DNA of 64,000 bases from contig NC_042997.1 in assembly GCF_006345805.1 (NCBI RefSeq), positions 42,532,001 to 42,596,000 of the forward strand, given 5' to 3'. How positions within the stretch are numbered: the stretch's first letter is position 1; every line of letters begins with the position of its first letter. This stretch comes from Octopus sinensis (lineage: Eukaryota). The notes beneath the pieces were generated by a model that saw only the letters and a program-made list of their open reading frames with translations, ran no database searches and was not told where the DNA came from. Below, piece after piece: positions 61,812-64,000 of the stretch. A program made the translations under genes and the position numbers.

Positions 61812-61963
61812 TCAGGGCCACTTTATGGTATGGGCATGTTGGGCAGTTGCCCAGGGGCCCAATTCTGACCTATGCATGTTGTGACTTGATGTCAATATAT
61901 AGATACTATAGGGCCCAGTGCATTGATTAGCTAGGAGGTTTACAATGCTGCTGAGGCTGCCCT
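61812..61963. mobile_element. Possible GC-terminal MITE
   Basis: cagggccacttta...gggcagttgcccaggggccc...ctgaggctgccct. The TIRs are weak and imperfect. Confidence 0.3.
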
Positions 61964-62859
61964 AAACACACTTTCTTCCTTTTGAGAAAAACCATCAAGA
62001 AAAAAATTTGCTTTTCTGCAGTTCCTGTTTCTGATTTCACTTGATGAAAAAAAGGGTATTTTTCCCATTTTGTTATTGTAACAATGAAGGCAATAATGTT
62101 GATTTGTATTTTTTCATATTCAAGTAACTATTAAATGTGATTATTTTATATTCATCAGTTCATACAATGACCTTATGAAAACACATAAAACAACCTACAA
62201 TGACAACTGCAACAATAAATGACCTAAACATCCACCAGTATGAGGTCCCTTAGAAATGAATAAAAGGTGTTTATATACACAGTCTTCAAGATTCTGCAGC
62301 TGTCCGTTCTAGTCTTTCCAGAAATTTCTTGCAGTCCTTTTGTGAACATATTTGTTGGCACACACTATCTTTGTTTCAATCAATTTTGAAATGAAGAAAA
62401 AAATTTAGCAAAAGAACTTTATTATTCAGATGGTATTTGGAACAAATTAACATGAGATTTTTACGGAAAGTTTAAATTTAGATCACTTTAGAATGGGAAG
62501 TTTGTATCATAGAACAAGTTGTTATCAAAAGGGCTAAATTTTGCTGAATCTTGTTATTTAACACTTGTTTAACTAGATGTCTGTCAACATTATCCTTGCT
62601 AGCAAGACTTCTAATTTAATTTTTTCCATTCACCCAATTGATACCATTCAGGATGTCCCCTTCTCTGAGACACTATCCATCCTTGCTACTTTGTATTCAT
62701 AGCTATCTCTTTTATAACTTCCATTAGTTTTTTACTGGCCTGGGTCTGGAGAAAAGGAATTGTTCCCATGGCCTTCATAGACCTTCCATAACTATTGAGT
62801 TTATATTGTTAACATTCTACCTAACTTGTTGCAAGTTAACAGCTACAGGAAAATATATT

Positions 62860-64000
62860 TGCTGGGAGGGAATTCTGAAGGAGCAACATTCTTGGGCAGA
62901 AAGATTTGGTGGAGTGGCAAATGTGGAGTCCAGAGTAAGAAGTGGACATGAGTGATAAGAAGAGGAGATAAGAGTGAGTTAAAAGTGCTTGAGTGATGGT
63001 GGTACAAAAACTGCCACCTCTGCAGCAGGGGTCACAGGAGTTGTGATAGAAAAGGCAAAGAAAAAAGACAAAATATCTGAGGTTGGAGTTTGAATGTGAA
63101 TTCTTGTTGATCAGTTCAGTGGCCTTTCTTGGAAGTCATCTAAGTTGACTGTAGGTGGAGCAGCAGCAGCAATTTCTCAGATGTGTAGATGTCACCAGAG
63201 TTTTGTAGAGCATTACTTGTTGGAGGCTGAAATATTTTGTGGTCCATTGGAATAAAGTCAATCTTTGCTATGGTTAGGATGTGCATATGCCAAGAGAAAC
63301 CCTCAGTGATAGTGAGGCCAAGCATTTTTTAAAGCAATCATTAGGATTCTTATCTGTGCAGGTGGCACGTAAAAAGCACCCACTACACTCGCGAAGTGGT
63401 TGGCGTTAGGAAGGGCATCCAGGGTAGAAACTCTGCCAGATCAGACTGGAGCCTGGAGCAGCCCCTGGCTTCCCAGACCCCGGTCGAACCGTCCAACCTG
63501 TGCTAGCGCGGAAAACGGACATTTAAACGATGATGATGATGATGGTGTTTATGCTTAATGGGTGAAGTAAAATGCAATAATTTTTTTGTTGATATGTGTA
63601 GAGATTATGTTGTTTTGTTGTTTAAGCAAACAAGATTAGCACGACCCCCACTGGGGAATATTTTCAAGGCTTCTGGTCATGAAGTCAAAACTGAATAAGT
63701 GCAATGGGTTTAGGTTGCATATGGATGATGCTTGGTTGGGATCAGAAGATTAGGGAGGAATGAAGGCTAATACCATCTGTATCAAAGAAGGTGCTGCTGG
63801 AGAGGGATGACAAATTGATTATTGAAATATCAGATGAATAGTGTAGGGAACAAAACCAAACTCAGTGGCACACCAAATCGAGAGTGTCAGGGTGAGCGCC
63901 ATCAGCACATTCTATGATATCGTGATTTGGCAGGAAACCACTGGTTACAGAGAAACATAGGAGTCAATAAGTGGGTAGTTTTAGTGAGAGAATTGCATGG
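62860..64000 (-). mobile_element. Degraded CR1-like LINE (RT to C-terminus), interrupted by an RTE 3' fragment at 63355-63545
   Basis: Minus-strand remnants resembling GVP.SLVL.PTLF (63850-63880), QWG..NLV (63630-63660) and LGLTITEGFSW.MHI..IAK (ORF 63140-63325). Read across frameshifts. Confidence 0.55.

Noticed and set aside
62286-62370. Possible minus-strand coding end DSVCQQICSQKDCKKFLERLERTAAES*
   Set aside because: It looks protein-like but is short and unrecognised, with a weak acceptor. A tblastx or RNA-seq check would be needed.

Overview
Eukaryotic (animal) AT-rich intergenic or intronic DNA with no host protein-coding gene I can support. The repeat families and the (TA)n/(CA)n/(GAT)n content look like an octopus genome (inference from remembered repeat families, not a search). 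Most of the window is transposable-element debris. It holds three tRNA-type SINE families (called A, B and D here) and RTE-clade LINEs whose (GAT)n-tailed 3' UTR makes up the many short dispersed copies. It also holds a second RTE family with a C-terminal triple zinc finger, several Penelope-like element (PLE) families (some with hammerhead ribozymes), CR1-like fragments, Tigger/mariner transposase relics, TTAA-type MITEs and non-autonomous Helitrons. Four observations stand out. (1) An 8.6-kb array of about 500 17-bp units (47498-56123) has a unit equal to the first 17 nt of SINE A and grows directly out of a SINE A head. (2) A SINE-head/U6/SINE chimera sits inside one 24-bp target-site duplication (TSD) at 18701-19099. 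(3) An RTE copy has a twin-priming-type 5' inversion (19513-20932). (4) The PLE hammerheads have a shared non-canonical core, and another repeat carries a hammerhead-like motif in permuted order. The very long ORFs in the ORF track are artefacts of the satellite.
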